Below, piece by piece: positions 59,201 through 64,000 of a DNA stretch of 64,000 bases (its first letter is position 1; each line of letters starts with the position of its first letter). The translations under genes were made by a program, and so were the position numbers. A model generated the notes under the pieces. The model saw nothing but the letters and a program-made list of their open reading frames with translations, searched no databases and had not been told where the DNA came from. The DNA is taken from positions 248,001-312,000 of the forward strand of contig JBODTK010000100.1 of assembly GCA_050613775.1 (NCBI GenBank). The letters are read 5' to 3'. Origin of the DNA: Neocallimastix sp. 'constans' (Eukaryota).

Positions 59201-59468
59201 TAATAATTATGTAATTCAATGTAATTGAAATAATAGATAATGATAGATATTATAAAATGTAAAATACGATATATTTATATTACTTTGAACATTATGCGAT
59301 AATTTAAGACCAGTATAATGTTTAAGTACTAGAATAGAATTAATGTATTTTTATATTTTCATATATATAATTTAATTAAAAAAAATAATTTTAATTAATT
59401 ATATTTAAATATTAAATTTTTAATATATGATTTAATTTTAAAACTTTAATATATAAAAAATACATATT

Positions 59469-59501
<33 letters not shown>

Positions 59502-60105
59502 AATTTTAATTACTATAATAAAAAATATTAACTTTTCTATTCTGTTATTGATATATTTTTTTATTACCTTTATACTTTTTTTCAAATAATAAAAGACTTT
59601 TTTTAAACTGTTTATTATTATTAATTGAATAAGAAATTAAGAAAGAAGAATAAAATAAATAAAATAGACAAAAAATAAACAAAAATAAAAATAAAACTAT
59701 CGCTTAATTATATTTTTAAAAGACAATTAAATAAGGAATTAAAAAATGAAATAGAATATTAAAAAAGTTTATCATTTTATTTTTTTTCAAGTTGATTTTC
59801 ACTTCTTTTTTTTTTTAATTCAATTTTAAAAATAAATAAAAAAATAATTAATTTAAATTATAAGAAATAAATATAAATTAAATACTATTTTTTTTTATTA
59901 ATTTAAAATCTTTTATATACTACATTATATAAAATATTTATTAAATTTTATATTTTTAATTATTTATTAGTAATAATTATTTTTAATATATATATATATA
60001 TTTTTTTTAAATTTCAAAAGAGTATTCATACTTCGCAATATTTATAACTATCTGTATATATTATTTATATTTTAATTCTGATGAAATGTCATTTAACTTA
60101 GCAAA

Positions 60106-62685
60106 ATGCATAGAAACATTTCAAATACTATATTCAAAGAAATTATATTTGTAATACTTATAATAGAGGTATTATTATAATTATTATTATTATTATTATA
60201 TAATAAGTTTATAAAAGAAGTTGGATAAGCTATTTCATATAATTAACACAATATATTGATTTTTAATATAGATAGAGTTAGTATCAACAAAAACATGTCA
60301 TAATTCTTTGGAAGTTGATTATTCTCCTTGGTAATTATATATATTTAACAAAAAATTATGAAATGAAAGAGTCAAAATTAATTATATGAAAAAATAATAA
60401 TATAATAATATAATAATATATATATATTATATATAATTATTTATAAAAATTGAAGTTCATGGATGTCGAAATGTGTAATATATAATAGTGAAGATAAAGA
60501 ATATAAAGTTGGAACTCAAACAAGTCATTGTAAAAGAAAAGGTTGGATATTACCATTCTTTTGCTTTACAGGTGTATTTATTGCTATAATTATTGGATAT
60601 ATATTATTTCATTTTAGAAAGGAACAAATGGAACCTATACTACGTCCAGAAACATTTTATCAACCCAGAAATTCATTTTTCAAATCAGGATTTTATAATA
60701 AACATTCCCCTTTCAAATATCTTTCATATAATCCTTCAATGAGATATAGTGGAAATATAAGTAATCTTTCTGGTTTAAAAGCTATGGATGGTAGAAAAAA
60801 TTATCATAATTTAGAGATACCAGTAAATTATATTAATAGAAATAATATTAATAATAATATTAATAATAATGTTATTAATAAAAATAGCTATCAGGATTTA
60901 GATCCAACAATATATCCTGAATATGATAATACTGTTGAAATTATTGATGATAATAGAACAAATTTTAATGGTGTAAATCAAATGAATCCAATTAATAGTA
61001 TGAATATGAGTATGAATAATATAAATAACATGAGTTATATGAATAATATCAATAATATGAGTATGAATAATGTAAATAATATGAATAATTTAAGTAGGAA
61101 TCACTCCATAATACAAAATCAATATAATAGCAGAATAAGTAATTATAATGAAGTTCCAAGTCATATTTTATCAGAACTTGATAGTACAACGACTACAGTC
61201 ACAACTACAACAACATCTATGACAGAAACAAATACTGAAAGGCCAAGTGCAAAAGACAATGAATATTCTATAGTAAGTTCATATGATGATTATTATACAG
61301 AATCCGAAAACTATACAAATAGTTATTATAATAAAACTAATATTCCACCACCACAAAATAGAATGATTAATTCTTATAATCCATATATACAACAAAATAA
61401 TAATTCTAATAATCAAGTTGATCCAAATCAAAGTTATATATTTAATAATCCTCCAGTAGAACTAGAAAATTCATATATAATTGGTCCAAGTAATGATGAA
61501 AATATGAATAATAATAATAATTTTAATGATTTTCGTTATAATAATAATAATAGTAACAATAATATTTCAAATTATCAACCTTATGATTCAAGTTTATCAA
61601 ATTTACCAAGTTTTAGAAACAATATCATGAGACAGAATCAAAATCCACATCATCATATGAGAAATTATTCGTATTCAATAAGAAATACTTTTAATGATGC
61701 TTCTAGAGAAGAATTGATGAGAAAAAGTCAAAGTAGTAAAATTCATAGAAGATCTTATAGTTATAATGATGATATTAATCAGTATAAAAGAAACCAAAGT
61801 TATAATAGTAATAATAATGTTAATAATAATGATTATAATTATAATGAAAGTTTCTATAATCAAAGTAGTGATTATTCTGGAGGAGTAACATCAAAAACGC
61901 TTCGTTCATTTATTGAAAAATCAAATTCAAATCGACAATTGAATCAATCACATTCAAATATTTCAAATAATAATCCTTATTCTTATATTCCATCTCGTCC
62001 TCAAAGTCAAAATACTATATTAACTCCTACTTCTAATAATAATTCAGTTCTAAGAAGATCTCCTATACCTTTAAATCAAAAAGCTTATCCATCTCATTCA
62101 TCAAATTATATACTACCATCAAATGATATGATTAGTTCATTTAGTATAACAAATAATTCTACTACAATAACCACAACGGAAACGTCATCAACATTAACAA
62201 CAACAACAGATGATGACCTAACCACAGAGTCAACAACTACTGAATACTCTATTTATAGAAGAAAAGGAAATCGTGATAATTCTTCTACACATTATATTGC
62301 TACACCAATGAATAATTTAAATAATGGCAATGCACCTAATATTACGCAGAAAAGATATGATAATTCTTATTCTTATTCTAATTTACGATCTAATTCTCGT
62401 TCTCATTCTCATATTCAATCTTATCCTGAATTTCAACAACCGCAACAACAACAATCAATTTATTATAGTGAGAATAATAATTATAATAAGTCTTTAAATA
62501 ATGAAAATTCAATTTATTCAAGAAGATCTGGAATAAGATTAAACCAATCACCATCAGTTTCTAGAGTATCTTCAAAACATAATTTTTATAAACCTAGTAC
62601 ACTAATCAATCCTCAAGGTTCTATAGCAAATTATGAAAATTCGACTAATAGAAGTAGGACTTTTTATCCTTCAACAGTATATTAA
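60106..62685 (+). CDS. Uncharacterised single-pass membrane protein: probable signal peptide, short Cys-containing ectodomain, TM helix, ~690-aa disordered N/S/Y/T-rich tail
   Basis: 740-aa ORF with TM WILPFFCFTGVFIAIIIGYILF. Two small upstream exons (~60106-60168, MHRNISNTIFKEIIFVILIIE; ~60272-60330, ELVSTKTCHNSLEVDYSPC) splice in frame. The 5' model is tentative. Confidence 0.75.
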
Positions 62686-62763
62686 TTCTTAAATATCTAT
62701 ATTTAACAAAAATAAAAACAAAACAATATCAAAAATAGCAGTAACAATAAACAGTAACAATAA

Positions 62764-62811
<48 letters not shown>

Positions 62812-62824
62812 AATAGAAATTATA

Positions 62825-63085
62825 AATAAAATAAAAAAGTATAACTTATATAATATTCATAAATATATTACTATTATTATTATTATTATTTCTATTTATT
62901 TTATTTTATTTTTATATTTCATTTTTTTTATATTTTTTTTTTATTTATTTCACTTTTATTTTATTTATTATTTTTTTAAATAAAATAAAATAGTATAACT
63001 TATATAATATACATATATATATTACTATTATTATCATTTCTATTTATTTTATTTTATTTATTTATTTCACTTTTTTTTATTTATT
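62825..63085. repeat. Imperfect tandem duplication (~155 bp period) downstream of the membrane protein gene
   Basis: AAATAAAATAAA..AGTATAACTTATATAATA..CAT..ATATATTACTATTATTAT..TTTCTATTTATTTTATT occurs twice. Confidence 0.75.
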
Positions 63086-64000
63086 TTTTTTGTATTACTT
63101 TATAAATTCAATATCGCACTTTGATGTATTTAAGAAGTTCTTAATAGAAAAATAATTTAAAACTTTTAAATATATATATTAAATTTGTTATTAAATATGA
63201 ATAATGAAAAATTTAAATTATAAATATTTTTTAATCTTATTTAATAATTAAATATAAATATTAGTAATTAATATTTGAATCTTATTTAATAATTAAACAT
63301 AAATAATGATAATTAATATTAATCTAAATTTTTATTATTATTAAAATTAATGATCAGATAAACATTATATATATATTAATTTTAAATTCTTTTAAAGACA
63401 AAAGAACAAAATATATAATTAATAATTAATACTGTATATATAAAAATAATATATATATATATTTTTTGTTTTTTTAATTATAAAATTTATATAAAAAAAA
63501 TTATGGCATGTTTTTTTATTTTTAAGATTGATGATAGTTAATTGAATATTATAATTAAATGTGGCTAGTGATAATAATTTAATTAATTGATTAATCATAT
63601 GTCAATATTTATTGTTATTATAGTTAATAGGAAAGTTAAAAGAATTAATATAAATAAAATTTCAATTAGCCACAAATAATGAAAATAATATATCCACATA
63701 CAATATATTTATATATTTAAATATATTATTTACAATGTAAATCTAATCTAATATAATATATTAATAATATAATATGTAAATTTTAATATAAATATTTAAT
63801 TATAATATATTAATTTTTATGGTAAAATAAAAATTAAGAAAAATAAAATTTATTTTTCTTTCATTTATATAATAATATATATAATATATATATAATATTT
63901 CAATATTTCAAATAACTATAATTAAAATAATATCATTAAATATCAATATCATAAATCCTATTATCCCACAAAAAATATATTAATAGAATAATTTATTTAA

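Overview
Extremely AT-rich, intron-containing eukaryotic DNA. The dockerin-bearing xylanases point to an anaerobic gut fungus (Neocallimastigomycota); this is an inference. The left ~23 kb is an accessory region: a decayed Ty3/Gypsy element, a tRNA-Glu(CTC) gene, a decayed LINE, two tandem intronless GH10-CBM13-double-dockerin xylanase paralogues separated by a small non-autonomous LTR element and a decayed Copia element, and a GC-richer structured repeat related to the LINE tail. The right part holds a Nto1/BRPF-like PHD-bromodomain gene, URA5/pyrE, RBX1, a kexin, a 9-exon gene whose product aligns by eye with Fanconi anaemia protein FANCC (the main finding), a CAMK-like kinase with a repeat-rich tail, and a single-pass membrane protein. 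Gene models and alignments were made by hand; no database searches were run.
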